From an uncultured Bacillales bacterium (lineage in GTDB: Bacteria > Bacillota_I > Bacilli_A > RF39 > UBA660), in assembly GCA_946624985.1 (NCBI GenBank), contig CAMOSQ010000005.1, positions 1-62,868 of the forward strand: a stretch of 62,868 bases of DNA, read 5' to 3'. The notes beneath the pieces were generated by a model. It was given only the letters and a program-made list of their open reading frames with translations. It did no database searches and was not told the origin of the DNA. This document shows positions 50,388 to 61,092 of the stretch, piece after piece (within the stretch, counting starts at the first letter, position 1; the number at the start of each line of letters is the position of its first letter). Made by a program: the position numbers and the translations under genes.

Positions 50388-52760
50388 TTATTCACTTCTT
50401 AGTTTTACATTTAGTTTTGTTTCAACTTTTTCAATTATATTATTGAATGCACTCATAACTTCTTCGTCTGTTAGAGTTCTTTCAAGTGATTGGAATGTTA
50501 GGTTATAAGCAATAGATTTTTCATCTTTTCCTACATTTTCTCCTGTATAAACATCAAATACTTCAATATTTGTAAGTAGTCTTCCACCTGCTCTTTTAAT
50601 TTCTGTTTCTATTTCTTCGTTTGTCATTTTAAGTGGAACTATAAATGCAATATCTTTCTTTATTTCTGGATATTTTGATGCTTCTTTATATTTTATTGGT
50701 TTAATATCCTTTATTAGTTTTGATAAAGAGATTTCCATTACATAAACATCATCTTTAAGTGTTTTTGGATGAACTCTTCCTATTATTCCAATTGGTTCTC
50801 TATCAAGTATTATTCTAGCACTTATTCCTGGATGCATATTATCTATATCATCTTTTATGAATGAATATCTATTTTTAAATCCTGCATAGTCTAGTAAATT
50901 TTCAGCTATACCTTTTATTAAGTAAAAGTCAGTTTTAATTGAGTTGTTTTGCCATTTATTTGTTATATAATTTCCTCTCATTAATACAGATATTTTTATG
51001 TCTTCATCATAATTTTTATCATAAGTTTTACTTATTTCATATAACATTATGTCTTCTACTTTTCTTGTTTTATTATAGTTATATACGTTTATTAATGATG
51101 GTATTATAGTTGTTCTTACTACACTTTTTTCTGTACTCATTGGATTTGGAAGGATTGCATTTTCTTTATTTTCATATCTAAATGTACTAGCCATTTCTGG
51201 TGATATTAATGTATATGTTTTTGTTTCGTTAAATCCTAATGTTCTAAGTCTCTTTGAGAATATTTTTCTATATTTTACGTCTCCTACGTATCCGCCTCTT
51301 TTTGTTTCTAGTTTTGGAAGTGTAGATACTAGTTTATTATATCCATATAGCCTTCCTATTTCTTCTGCAATATCATTTACATTAGGATCTATATCTAATC
51401 TTCTTTTTGGTATTGTTACAACAAATTCATCGTCTTTTATTTCATATTTGAAGTCTAGTCTATTTAGTTCTTTTTCCATATCTTTTTTATCTATTGTTAT
51501 ACCTAGCATTTTATTTATATCTTCTGCTTTAAATTTAACAATTTTTTCTGTTTTATCTACATTATCATATCTAACAATTCCAGATAATACTTTAGCATTT
51601 GCATATTTTTCTAATAGGTGGCAGGCTCTATTAATTGCATATTCTGTGTATTCGTAGTTTAGACCTTTTCCATATCTTATTGATGCTTCACTTTTTAAAT
51701 TTAGATTTTGAGCAGTATATCTAATGCTTACTGGATTAAATATTGCGCTTTCTATTAGTATTGTTTTTGTATCATTTGTTACTTCTGTATCAAGTCCACC
51801 CATTACACCAGCTATACATACTGCTTCTTTTTCATTCGATATTACTATATCATTTTTAGTAAGAGTTCTTTCTTGTTTATCTAGTGTTGTGATTGTTTCA
51901 TTATCTTTAGCATCTCTTACTATTATTGTATTTCCTAATTTTTCCTTATCAAAGAAGTGAAGTGGTTGACCATATTCTAACATTACATAGTTTGATATAT
52001 CTACTACATTGTTTATTGGTCTCATTCCAGCACTTATTAATCTTCTTTTTATAAATTCTGGAGATTCTTTTATTTCTATGCCTGTTACCATTTTAGCTAA
52101 ATAATATGGACATTTATTAGTTTCTATTTTTAAATTAAAATGATTGTTTATATTATCATCTATTTCTTCATAATTTGTATCAGGAAGTGTTACTTTTCTA
52201 TTTAAAATTGCTGAAATTTCATAGGCAAATCCTATATGATAATAACAGTCATTATTTCTATGTTTATGAATATCTAATTCATAGATTGTATCTGCTAGAT
52301 TTAGATATACTAATGGATCTGTTCCAACTTTAGCGTCACTACCTAATTCTTCTATTCCCTTAGCATATGTTTCGTCATTTTTTTCTTCTAGTCCTAATTC
52401 ATATAATGCGCATATCATACCATTTGATTCTATACCTCTAATTTTACTTGATTTAATTTCAAAATCTCCTGGTAAGATTGCTCCTGGAAGCGCTACTATT
52501 ACTTTTAATCCTTTTCTCACATTTGGTGCTCCGCATACTATTTGTGTTGTTTTATCCCCAATGTTTACTTGGCATACATGTAAGTGATCTGAGTCTGGAT
52601 GTTTACTACATTCTACTACTTCTCCAATTGTTAAGTTATCTATATGATTAGATATTACTTTTTCAACATTTATTCCTGATTCTGTTATTTTTCTAGCTAA
52701 TTCTTTTAAATCTTGATCACTAATATCTATATATTCTTTAACCCATTCTAAACTTATCAT
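50388..52760 (-). CDS. pheT: Phenylalanine--tRNA ligase beta subunit
   Basis: HPDSDHL, IVCGAPN, INNVVDISNYVMLEYGQP, EEIGRLYGY, FDVY. Confidence 0.97.
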   Translation of the reverse strand: MISLEWVKEYIDISDQDLKELARKITESGINVEKVISNHIDNLTIGEVVECSKHPDSDHLHVCQVNIGDKTTQIVCGAPNVRKGLKVIVALPGAILPGDFEIKSSKIRGIESNGMICALYELGLEEKNDETYAKGIEELGSDAKVGTDPLVYLNLADTIYELDIHKHRNNDCYYHIGFAYEISAILNRKVTLPDTNYEEIDDNINNHFNLKIETNKCPYYLAKMVTGIEIKESPEFIKRRLISAGMRPINNVVDISNYVMLEYGQPLHFFDKEKLGNTIIVRDAKDNETITTLDKQERTLTKNDIVISNEKEAVCIAGVMGGLDTEVTNDTKTILIESAIFNPVSIRYTAQNLNLKSEASIRYGKGLNYEYTEYAINRACHLLEKYANAKVLSGIVRYDNVDKTEKIVKFKAEDINKMLGITIDKKDMEKELNRLDFKYEIKDDEFVVTIPKRRLDIDPNVNDIAEEIGRLYGYNKLVSTLPKLETKRGGYVGDVKYRKIFSKRLRTLGFNETKTYTLISPEMASTFRYENKENAILPNPMSTEKSVVRTTIIPSLINVYNYNKTRKVEDIMLYEISKTYDKNYDEDIKISVLMRGNYITNKWQNNSIKTDFYLIKGIAENLLDYAGFKNRYSFIKDDIDNMHPGISARIILDREPIGIIGRVHPKTLKDDVYVMEISLSKLIKDIKPIKYKEASKYPEIKKDIAFIVPLKMTNEEIETEIKRAGGRLLTNIEVFDVYTGENVGKDEKSIAYNLTFQSLERTLTDEEVMSAFNNIIEKVETKLNVKLRSE

Positions 52761-53806
52761 TAGTCTCTCTCCTTTCTATCGAAAGTTTTTGTTTCTCTTA
52801 AGTCTGTATTATAAATTGCTCTTAAGTCGTGTATATCATATTTTTCCATTGCAAGTCTATCTGCACCAAATCCAAATGCAAATCCTGTCCAAACACTTGG
52901 ATCATACCCGCTCATTCTAAGTACATTAGGGTGAACTATTCCAGCTCCTGCTATTGTAATCCAACCTGTATTTTTACATATGTTACATCCTGTTCCGTGA
53001 CATTTATGGCATGTTATATCTACTTCTACAGATGGTTCTGTAAATTGATAGTAGCTTGGATGAAATCTTGTTTCAGTGTTTTCTCCAAAAAGTTTTTTAA
53101 ATACAACATCTAATGTTCCTTTTAAGTCACTTAAAGATATCTCTTTATCTACAACTAGTCCTTCTATTTGCATGAATTGATGTGAGTGAGTTGCATCATC
53201 ATCATCTCTTCTATATGTTTTTCCTGGACATATCATTCTAATTGGAGTAATTCCATTCCCTTTTAATAGTGTTCTTACTTGAACTGGTGATGTTTGACTT
53301 CTTAGAAGTATTTCTTCTCCTTCTAAATAGAATGTGTCTTGTGCATCTCTAGCTGGATGGCCTTTTGGAATATTTAACATTTCGAAGTTATATTTATCTA
53401 ATTCTATTTCTGGTCCATCCACTACATCATATCCCATAGATATGAATACTTCTTCTACTTCTTCTATTAGTTTTTCTAGAATATTTGCTGAACCTACATT
53501 CACTTTTGTTGATGGAAGTGAAATATCTATACTTTCAGATTCTAGTTTTCTATTTAGTTCTTGCTCTTCTAAGTCTTTCTTTAATTTATCGAATGAATTA
53601 GTTACTTCTGTTTTGAATTCATTTATAATTCTACCAAATTCTTTCTTTTCTTCATTTCCTAATTCTTTCATATGATTCATTAGTTCTTGAACTGGTCCTT
53701 TTTTACTTAGATAAATATTTTTTAATTCATTTAAGTTTTTTAGATCAATTGTACTAGATAATTTTTCTTGTATTTCTTTTTTTAAATTATTAATTGTTTC
53801 TTGCAT
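52760..53806 (-). CDS. pheS: Phenylalanine--tRNA ligase alpha subunit
   Basis: HPARDAQDTF, DATHSHQF, FTEPS, GFAFG; AAAGGA RBS supports start at 53806. Confidence 0.97.
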   Translation of the reverse strand: MQETINNLKKEIQEKLSSTIDLKNLNELKNIYLSKKGPVQELMNHMKELGNEEKKEFGRIINEFKTEVTNSFDKLKKDLEEQELNRKLESESIDISLPSTKVNVGSANILEKLIEEVEEVFISMGYDVVDGPEIELDKYNFEMLNIPKGHPARDAQDTFYLEGEEILLRSQTSPVQVRTLLKGNGITPIRMICPGKTYRRDDDDATHSHQFMQIEGLVVDKEISLSDLKGTLDVVFKKLFGENTETRFHPSYYQFTEPSVEVDITCHKCHGTGCNICKNTGWITIAGAGIVHPNVLRMSGYDPSVWTGFAFGFGADRLAMEKYDIHDLRAIYNTDLRETKTFDRKERD

Positions 53807-53822
53807 ATAACTCATTCCTTTC

Positions 53823-54038
53823 AAAAAAAAATCCATGAATTTAAGGACGAATATTCGCGGTACCACCTTAATTCATAGACTTACTATGCACTCTTTCTCT
53901 TAACGCGAGATAACGTTATAACTTTTCATTATAAAGCTTACTAGACGAATTCATAAAATGTCATTACTGATTCACACCAACCATCAGCTCTCTTAAAATA
54001 ACTTAGATTATTACTACTTCTAGGTCCTTGCTTTTGAT
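53823..54038 (-). promoter_or_regulatory. T-box riboswitch (Phe, UUC specifier)
   Basis: Full Stem I with AGUA motif, AGAGAG bulge, GGUGUGAA loop, GAA-UUC specifier; AAGGUGGUACCGCG T-box; promoter TTTACA-17-TATAAT at 54073-54045. Confidence 0.92.
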
Positions 54039-54078
54039 GTTATTATTATATACTATTTTTTTAAATTTGTAAATAAAA

Positions 54079-54852
54079 TTATATTTTAAACTTCTTATAT
54101 TTTTCTAATATATATTGATTAATTTTTTCTTCCTCTAATACCCTTACATCTGAAATATTACATCCATTTTTACAGGTTTCAAACACACAATAAGCTAGTT
54201 CAATTTGTATTATACATGAATTTAAAGTATCATAATCAACAATTTTAGGTAAAGCTAAATTAATTTTCTTTAAATTATCATCAGTATCAAAAAATATTTT
54301 TATCTCTTTCATGCCTAAACTACTATCACCAATATTAAAATTTACCTTTTCACCTGCCCATTGCCAAAACTCATCAGAATACCCTAACAAATTCTTTACA
54401 TCATCAAAACTAAGAATTAACGATGCCGCATATAATCGATATTCATCAGTTTCAATTAAAGACTTAAAATTCTTCGTTTTATGCTTTGAATATAATTCAT
54501 TTTTTAACTCAGAAGCAGACTCAAGATCTTCTAAGCAATCATAAAAATATTTCACAGTAACTTCATTTAACTTTTCAAGCAAATCCAAATAAGAATCAAC
54601 TGCCTCACAATCAATAATCACTGAATTTTTTTTAATAAACTTTAAAATTTCACGTTCCTCATTCATTACACTTTGCATCGATTTAAATAATTCAATAGAT
54701 TCCTTAGTTATCTTATGTTGAATTCCAAAAGTAATCAAGCACTTCAAATAAACCTTAATAAAATACCTATAAATCAACCTAAATTGTTCTCTATTCAAAT
54801 TCTTTTTTTCTTTTAAATACTCCTTAAGTATTCTTATTTCATGAGTATCCAT
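54079..54852 (-). CDS. Hypothetical protein
   Basis: 257-aa ORF with GGTG RBS. Confidence 0.7.
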   Translation of the reverse strand: MDTHEIRILKEYLKEKKNLNREQFRLIYRYFIKVYLKCLITFGIQHKITKESIELFKSMQSVMNEEREILKFIKKNSVIIDCEAVDSYLDLLEKLNEVTVKYFYDCLEDLESASELKNELYSKHKTKNFKSLIETDEYRLYAASLILSFDDVKNLLGYSDEFWQWAGEKVNFNIGDSSLGMKEIKIFFDTDDNLKKINLALPKIVDYDTLNSCIIQIELAYCVFETCKNGCNISDVRVLEEEKINQYILEKYKKFKI

Positions 54853-54860
54853 ACGTCACC

Positions 54861-55631
54861 CTAACTATATTTTTTTACTTTTTGCTCTTGTTTTTCTTGG
54901 AATAGTTCATCACTAATCATATATTTTTTAAACTCTTCCAATTCATTAATTGTATATCCTTTCATCCTAAACATCTTATTTAATACTTTTTGCATATACA
55001 TAGTCTCATCATAATATGATAATCCTTGCATTTTTTTATATAAAATATTAGTTAAATTTTCAAGAAAACTAGAAACATCAAGAGTAGAATCAAGTTTAGC
55101 TAATAATTTTTCTATTTGTTTTTTATTTTCCTTAAAATAAGCCTCTTGCATATTACCAGCACCAACTATCATTTCTATTTGCTTTGAAAACATTATTGAA
55201 ATAGCAAGAGGATCAGCTTTAATTTCATCAATCTCCTTTCCTTGTAACATATAAGAAAGTAATTCAGTATAACCCAAAGTCAAACCAATATTTGTAACTT
55301 TACTACATTCTTTAAACAAACCAAATCTTTCTATTGAACCAAAACCAATACTAGTTGCTCTATTCTTTTTAAAACTTGTTGAAGACATTAACAATAATCC
55401 CTTTATCAAAGAATGCTTTAAAATTTCTTCATCACAATCACAAATATCAATAATATTCTTATTTAACCCTATAGAATTTGTATCAAAACTATATTCAATA
55501 ATATCACTATAATCCTTTTTTTTAGGATCAACATATTCTATAGTCAAATGTCTACTATTCTTATCAAAATTACCTCTTAAATCATAAGAAATAAAATTTC
55601 TAACATTATCCAAAGTTTCTCTAAATTCCAT
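54861..55631 (-). CDS. Hypothetical protein, degenerate zincin-like
   Basis: LIKGLLLMSS..GF..IGLTLGYTELL recalls HExxH..GLNEGxTE without the ligands. Confidence 0.6.
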   Translation of the reverse strand: MEFRETLDNVRNFISYDLRGNFDKNSRHLTIEYVDPKKKDYSDIIEYSFDTNSIGLNKNIIDICDCDEEILKHSLIKGLLLMSSTSFKKNRATSIGFGSIERFGLFKECSKVTNIGLTLGYTELLSYMLQGKEIDEIKADPLAISIMFSKQIEMIVGAGNMQEAYFKENKKQIEKLLAKLDSTLDVSSFLENLTNILYKKMQGLSYYDETMYMQKVLNKMFRMKGYTINELEEFKKYMISDELFQEKQEQKVKKYS

Positions 55632-55721
55632 ATTATTCTCCTTTACACGCCTGCTCTATATAATATCAAATTATTTCTTTATTTACAATAATATTAATAT
55701 TACTTTTTTATTTTATTCTTA

Positions 55722-56603
55722 TTAATCATCCGATGCTTGTACTTTAATAGGATTAACATGGATTACAGTTAAAAATATTTCATCAATACTCTTAGTTATT
55801 TCTTTCTCTAACCTATCAGCAATCTCATGACTTTCAAAAGTTGACATTTGACCATCCACATAAATTGTAAATGATATTTGATATAAATAACCTATAGGAG
55901 TTGAATTAAAATGCTGAATTTTTTTAACTTCCTTATGCTGTTTTATTATTTCATATACTTTCTTCTTTGCCTCATTAGAAATTGCCTTATCCATTAAAAC
56001 ATCATAAGATTCTTTATATATTTTTAATCCAGTAATCAATATCCAAAATCCTATTATAACTCCAACTATTCCATCAAATATAAATATATTATTTTTAGCA
56101 AGAACACATGAAATTAAATTACAACTTGTTAATATACAATCATTTATATGATCCTTTGAATTTGCTTTTATCAATAAATTATTATATTTCTTTCCTATAT
56201 TATTTGTATAGATATATAATGATATTTTTATTAAAATAGTTATTATACATATTATTATTAACCAATTTGAATATATATATTTTTTATTTTGAACAAGAGA
56301 TAATATTCCATCTTTTATTATAAAAAAAGACATCAATATCATAACAATACTAATTAACATTGAATAAATATATTCAGCCTTTCCATGACCTAAATTATGA
56401 TCTTCATCCCTAGGCTTACTCGCTATTTTATTACCAATATATGTCATAAGCGATGAAAAAATATCACCAGCACTATTTAATGAATCAGCAAGCATAGCCT
56501 GAGATCTTGTTATTATTCCTATTATTCCCTTAATAATAAGTAAAAAAATATTTCCTATTATTCCAAGTGTACCTGCTTTTTTCGCACTTTTAAATCTATC
56601 CAT
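55722..56603 (-). CDS. Cation diffusion facilitator (FieF-like)
   Basis: SQAMLADSLNSAGD, DEDHNLGHGKAE, ESHEIA, IHVNP. Confidence 0.92.
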   Translation of the reverse strand: MDRFKSAKKAGTLGIIGNIFLLIIKGIIGIITRSQAMLADSLNSAGDIFSSLMTYIGNKIASKPRDEDHNLGHGKAEYIYSMLISIVMILMSFFIIKDGILSLVQNKKYIYSNWLIIICIITILIKISLYIYTNNIGKKYNNLLIKANSKDHINDCILTSCNLISCVLAKNNIFIFDGIVGVIIGFWILITGLKIYKESYDVLMDKAISNEAKKKVYEIIKQHKEVKKIQHFNSTPIGYLYQISFTIYVDGQMSTFESHEIADRLEKEITKSIDEIFLTVIHVNPIKVQASDD

Positions 56604-56699
56604 AAGTCCTCCATATAATCTTTATTCAAATAACATTTTTATTATAACAAAAAGCACACACATTGTGTACTAGTTATTCATCATTTTAAAAATAATATT

Positions 56700-59600
56700 T
56701 TATCCTATTTTTTCATCTAAACTTTTATAGAATTCATATCTTTTTATTGCATTCTCTTTATTTTGTTTTAATAATTCTTTTGCCTCATCTGGATTTATTT
56801 TTTCAAGCATATTATATCTTGTTTGACTTTGTAAAAAATCATCATACTTATCAAAATCAACATTCTTACTATCTAGATAAAATTTTTGTTCAATTGGATT
56901 AAAGTGAAATATTGGGAAGTAACCACTAAGTGTAGCTAGTTTTTCCATCTCTATTGTATTAGACATACCACCCTTTATTCCATGAGAAATACATGGTGCA
57001 TAAGCAATAATTATTGATGGCCCATTATAATTAGTAGCCTCTTTAAATACTTTAACTAATTGATTAGGATTTGCTCCTAAAGATACCTGAGCTACATATG
57101 CATGTGGATATGATAAAGCAATTCTAGCTAAATCCTTCTTAGCATTATGTTTTCCATTTGTAGTAAACGATGCGATCGATCCTATTTGAGATGACTTTGA
57201 TGATTGACCTCCAGTATTTGAATATATTTGAGTATCTAGTACTAATATATTTACATTGTCCCTAGTAGATAACACATGATCAATTCCACCAAATCCTATA
57301 TCATATGCCCATCCATCTCCACCTACTGTATATACAATTCTTTTAGTTATAAAATCCTTTAATTCAACTAACTCTTTTGGACATACATCATAATTAATAT
57401 TTTCATACACTTCCTTAGTAATCTCATAATCATCATAATTATTTAACCACTTAGTAAACAATTCCTTATTTTCATTATCTAAATTACTTTCCATTAATTC
57501 TTTTATTTTATTTCTTTTAAAATTCATAGCGTTTAATATACCATATCCAAATTCAGCATTATCTTCAAATAAAGAATTTGTCCAAGGAATAGTATAAGGA
57601 GTTGAAGGTAAACTTCCACCATAAATTGAAGAACATCCTGTAGCGTTCGCAATTACTAAATTATCACCAAACATTTGAGTTAATAACTTAATATAAGATG
57701 TTTCACCACAACCAGCACAAGCTCCATGAAACTGAAATTTAGGATTTTTAAACTGAATTGTTTTAACATTTTCAACTTTTTGTGGTTTAACACTTATATT
57801 ATCATTTAAATAATCAAAAATTCTTTGTTCACTTTCTCTTATTTCTAATTTATCAAACTCAAGTGCTTTAGCATTCATTTTACCAGGACACGATTTTATA
57901 CATAATCCGCAACCTGTACAATCTTTTACAGAAATTCCAATTATAAAATATCCTTGTTTAGTAATTTCAGGAACACATCTTTCCTTAATAAAATCTGGAG
58001 CATTACTATATTCTTCTTCACTTAATATATATGGTCTTATTACGCCATGAGGACAAACAGTTGCGCACATATTGCACTGTATACAATTATTATTCATCCA
58101 AAATGGTACAATATCAGTTACTCCTCTTTTTTCCATTTGTGTTGTACCTGGTTCATATATACCATCTTTAGTATTTATAAATTCTGATACTTTTAATTCG
58201 TCGCCTTTTCTTTTCCTCATTGCTTCATAGATATTATTATATTGCTTATCTATTTCTTTTGTTTTAGTATCATCTACATTTATAACTTTTAAATATTTTT
58301 CTGCTTCATCAATTGCTTGATAGTTTGCGTTTACAATTTCTTCTCCTTTTTTAAAATATCTTTTTTTAGCATTTTCTTTCATTTCTTTCTTAGCTAAATC
58401 AAAATCAACTAAATTAGATAATTTTAAAATAATAGCTTCCATAATTGTACTGATTTTGTTTCCTAGACCTGCATTTCTAGCTAAAAGATATGCATTTATT
58501 GTATAGAATTTTATGTTTTTTTCTTTTATTATTTGTTTTATTTGCTGTGGTAATGTTTCATTTAGTTCTTGTTCTGTTTTTATTGTATTTAATATGAATA
58601 TTCCATTTTCTTTTATGTTATTTAGTGTTTCAAATTCTGTTAGATATGATTCCTTTGTTACTACTACTATACTTGGATTTTCTACATAGTATGTTGATCT
58701 AATTTTAAATTCACTAAATCTTAAGTGAGTAATTGTTACTCCGCCTGATTTTTTAGAATCATACTGAAAATAGCCTTGTACATAATTATTAGTATTATTA
58801 CCAATAAGTTTCATTATTGACTTAGATGCACTAACCATTCCATCTGAACCGTATCCATATATTAAGAATTCTTTTCCAAAATCTATTTTATAAGATTCAT
58901 CAACTTTTAAACTTTTGTTAGTTACATCGTCTTCAATGCCTATAGTGAAATCATTTATAGGATTATCTAACATATCGTATACTGCTTTTATTTGTCTTGG
59001 AGTTGTGTTTTTACTTGATAGTCCATATCTTCCACCTACTATTTTTATGTTTTTGTCTTTTAGAGCAGCTACAACATCTAGATATAGTGGTTCTCCAATA
59101 CTTCCTGGTTCCTTTGTTCTATCAAGTACAGCAATTGTATCAACAGTCTCAGGTATAACGCTTATTAAATATTCCTTTGAAAATGGTCTATATAAGTGTA
59201 CTTCTATTAAACCATAATCCTTTAAATCATCTACTGTTTCTTTTATCGTTTCACAAACTGATCCCATTGCGATTATTATTTTTTTTGCGTTAGGGTTTCC
59301 ATAATAGTTGAATGGTTTATAACTTGTTCCAGCTATATTATTTAATTTTTCCATATATTCGTTTACTTTATCTGGAAGTGCTTCGTAGTATTTATTTCTT
59401 GCTTCTGTTGCCTGGAAGTATATGTCATCGTTTTGAGCTGTTCCTCTTGTGTTTGGATTATATGGATTTAGTGATTTTTCTTTGAATCTTTTTAGCGCTT
59501 CATAGTCTAGTAATTCTTTATAATCATCACTTTCTAAAACATCAATTTTATCTATTTCATGGCTAGTTCTAAACCCATCAAAAAAATGTAAAAAAGGCAT

Positions 59601-60089
59601 ACTACTACTTATAGCTGTTAAGTGCGCAATAGCGCCTAGATAGTGTGCATCTTGTACAGATGATGAAGCAAGCATAGCAAATCCAGTTTGACGCGTAGCA
59701 TATATATCCTGATGGTCTCCAAATATCGATAGTGCATGTGTAGCGAGACTTCTAGCCGCAACATGTATTACACATGGTAACATTTCTCCTGCAATTTTAT
59801 ACATATTAGGTATCATTAATAACAACCCTTGACTTGCTGTAAAAGTTGTTGTTAAGCATCCTCCTTGTAGTGAACCATGAACAAATCCTGCAGCTCCTGC
59901 TTCACTTTGCATTTCTACTACTTTTACTTTGTCACCAAAAATATTTTTTACATTTTTACTACTCCATTCATCACAGTGTTCTGCCATCGGACTTGATGGA
60001 GTTATTGGATAAATTCCCGCTAATTCTGTGAATTGGTATGCAGCCATACTACATGCTTCATTACCGTCTACTGTTACTTGTTTTTTCAT
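56700..60089 (-). CDS. nifJ: Pyruvate:ferredoxin (flavodoxin) oxidoreductase
   Basis: YPITPSSPMAE, QSEAGAAG, two 4Fe-4S motifs, GACAGCGE, GGDGWAYDIG. Confidence 0.97.
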   Translation of the reverse strand: MKKQVTVDGNEACSMAAYQFTELAGIYPITPSSPMAEHCDEWSSKNVKNIFGDKVKVVEMQSEAGAAGFVHGSLQGGCLTTTFTASQGLLLMIPNMYKIAGEMLPCVIHVAARSLATHALSIFGDHQDIYATRQTGFAMLASSSVQDAHYLGAIAHLTAISSSMPFLHFFDGFRTSHEIDKIDVLESDDYKELLDYEALKRFKEKSLNPYNPNTRGTAQNDDIYFQATEARNKYYEALPDKVNEYMEKLNNIAGTSYKPFNYYGNPNAKKIIIAMGSVCETIKETVDDLKDYGLIEVHLYRPFSKEYLISVIPETVDTIAVLDRTKEPGSIGEPLYLDVVAALKDKNIKIVGGRYGLSSKNTTPRQIKAVYDMLDNPINDFTIGIEDDVTNKSLKVDESYKIDFGKEFLIYGYGSDGMVSASKSIMKLIGNNTNNYVQGYFQYDSKKSGGVTITHLRFSEFKIRSTYYVENPSIVVVTKESYLTEFETLNNIKENGIFILNTIKTEQELNETLPQQIKQIIKEKNIKFYTINAYLLARNAGLGNKISTIMEAIILKLSNLVDFDLAKKEMKENAKKRYFKKGEEIVNANYQAIDEAEKYLKVINVDDTKTKEIDKQYNNIYEAMRKRKGDELKVSEFINTKDGIYEPGTTQMEKRGVTDIVPFWMNNNCIQCNMCATVCPHGVIRPYILSEEEYSNAPDFIKERCVPEITKQGYFIIGISVKDCTGCGLCIKSCPGKMNAKALEFDKLEIRESEQRIFDYLNDNISVKPQKVENVKTIQFKNPKFQFHGACAGCGETSYIKLLTQMFGDNLVIANATGCSSIYGGSLPSTPYTIPWTNSLFEDNAEFGYGILNAMNFKRNKIKELMESNLDNENKELFTKWLNNYDDYEITKEVYENINYDVCPKELVELKDFITKRIVYTVGGDGWAYDIGFGGIDHVLSTRDNVNILVLDTQIYSNTGGQSSKSSQIGSIASFTTNGKHNAKKDLARIALSYPHAYVAQVSLGANPNQLVKVFKEATNYNGPSIIIAYAPCISHGIKGGMSNTIEMEKLATLSGYFPIFHFNPIEQKFYLDSKNVDFDKYDDFLQSQTRYNMLEKINPDEAKELLKQNKENAIKRYEFYKSLDEKIG

Positions 60090-60185
60090 ATTATTCCTCC
60101 AGTTCTTTTATATTATATCACGGTTTTGATTATTTCTTGAAATTAATTTAATATTATTTTATAATATATGTGGTTTGGTGATGGT

Positions 60186-60872
60186 ATGAAATTATTGGTT
60201 AGTGATTATGATGGTACAATAGAGATTGAAGAATTGTTTAAGGATTCTTATATTCCTAAAGGCACTATATCGAATATTCAACATTTTATTGATTATGGTA
60301 ATAAATTTATGATTGCGACTGCTAGACCTTATGATTCAATTATAGATGAAGTTAATAAATATGGATTTCCTTATGATTTTATTAGTACTTTGAATGGTTG
60401 TATTATTCATGATAATAATGGTCAAGTTATTTATTCTAAGGATATGATTGAATTAGATATCGAAGAATTTTGTAGATTATATTCTTGTATTAATAAGATT
60501 GAGAGTATTAAAGATAAAGATAAAGTTTTGTATTATATTTTTAGAACTAAACTTTTTAAAAGTTCAAGGAAATTAATTAAGCATTTAGAATCATCAGGAT
60601 TTGATATACAATGTTGGTTTTTAAATACTTATAATATTGCACATCCTATTAGTAATAAAATTGATAGTGTTAGATTTATTCAATCCTTATTAGGTATAAG
60701 TGACGATTCTGTTATTACTGTTGGTGACGCTAAAGATGATTTAGAAATGATTAAACATTATCATAGTTATGGAATTGTAAGTTATTTGCCTAATTTTGAA
60801 GTGTTAAGAAATTGTGATGTTAAAGTTAAATCTCTTAATGATGCATTTAAATACATAAATAAAAATATATAG
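60186..60872 (+). CDS. HAD-superfamily (Cof-like IIB) hydrolase
   Basis: SDYDGT, IATAR, NG, NK, VGDAKDD. Confidence 0.85.
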   Translation: MKLLVSDYDGTIEIEELFKDSYIPKGTISNIQHFIDYGNKFMIATARPYDSIIDEVNKYGFPYDFISTLNGCIIHDNNGQVIYSKDMIELDIEEFCRLYSCINKIESIKDKDKVLYYIFRTKLFKSSRKLIKHLESSGFDIQCWFLNTYNIAHPISNKIDSVRFIQSLLGISDDSVITVGDAKDDLEMIKHYHSYGIVSYLPNFEVLRNCDVKVKSLNDAFKYINKNI

Positions 60873-60903
60873 AAAAAATCTATATATTTTTTTGTTTGTT
60901 CGC

Positions 60904-60932
60904 TTGTTTTAATAATTAATTTATAGTAAAAT
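60904..60932 (+). promoter_or_regulatory. Promoter of the putative toxin mRNA
   Basis: TTGTTT-17-TAAAAT; predicted start ~60939 coincides with the 5' pairing arm. Confidence 0.6.
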
Positions 60933-60999
60933 ATTTTTGAACATTTAGTTGTTGGGTGTCTACCTCTAATCATTTTAAAATGAAAGGAGGTCTGATAGA

Positions 61000-61092
61000 A
61001 TGAAAACTAAAACTTTTATTATTAAAGTATTAGAAAGAATTTCTTTCATTTTATTACTATTTGCCTTATTAGTTTTAGTAATAAAAAAGTGA
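61000..61092 (+). CDS. 30-aa hydrophobic peptide, putative type I toxin (not in the ORF track)
   Basis: AAAGGAGG RBS; MKTKTFIIKVLERISFILLLFALLVLVIKK. Confidence 0.8.
   Translation: MKTKTFIIKVLERISFILLLFALLVLVIKK

Noticed and set aside
53807-53866. N-terminal extension of PheS in the ORF track
   Set aside because: Lies within the T-box antiterminator/terminator; the RBS supports ATG at 53806
60782-60973. 63-aa minus-strand ORF as a protein antitoxin
   Set aside because: Overlaps the HAD gene and the toxin promoter, no RBS; an RNA antitoxin explains the locus better
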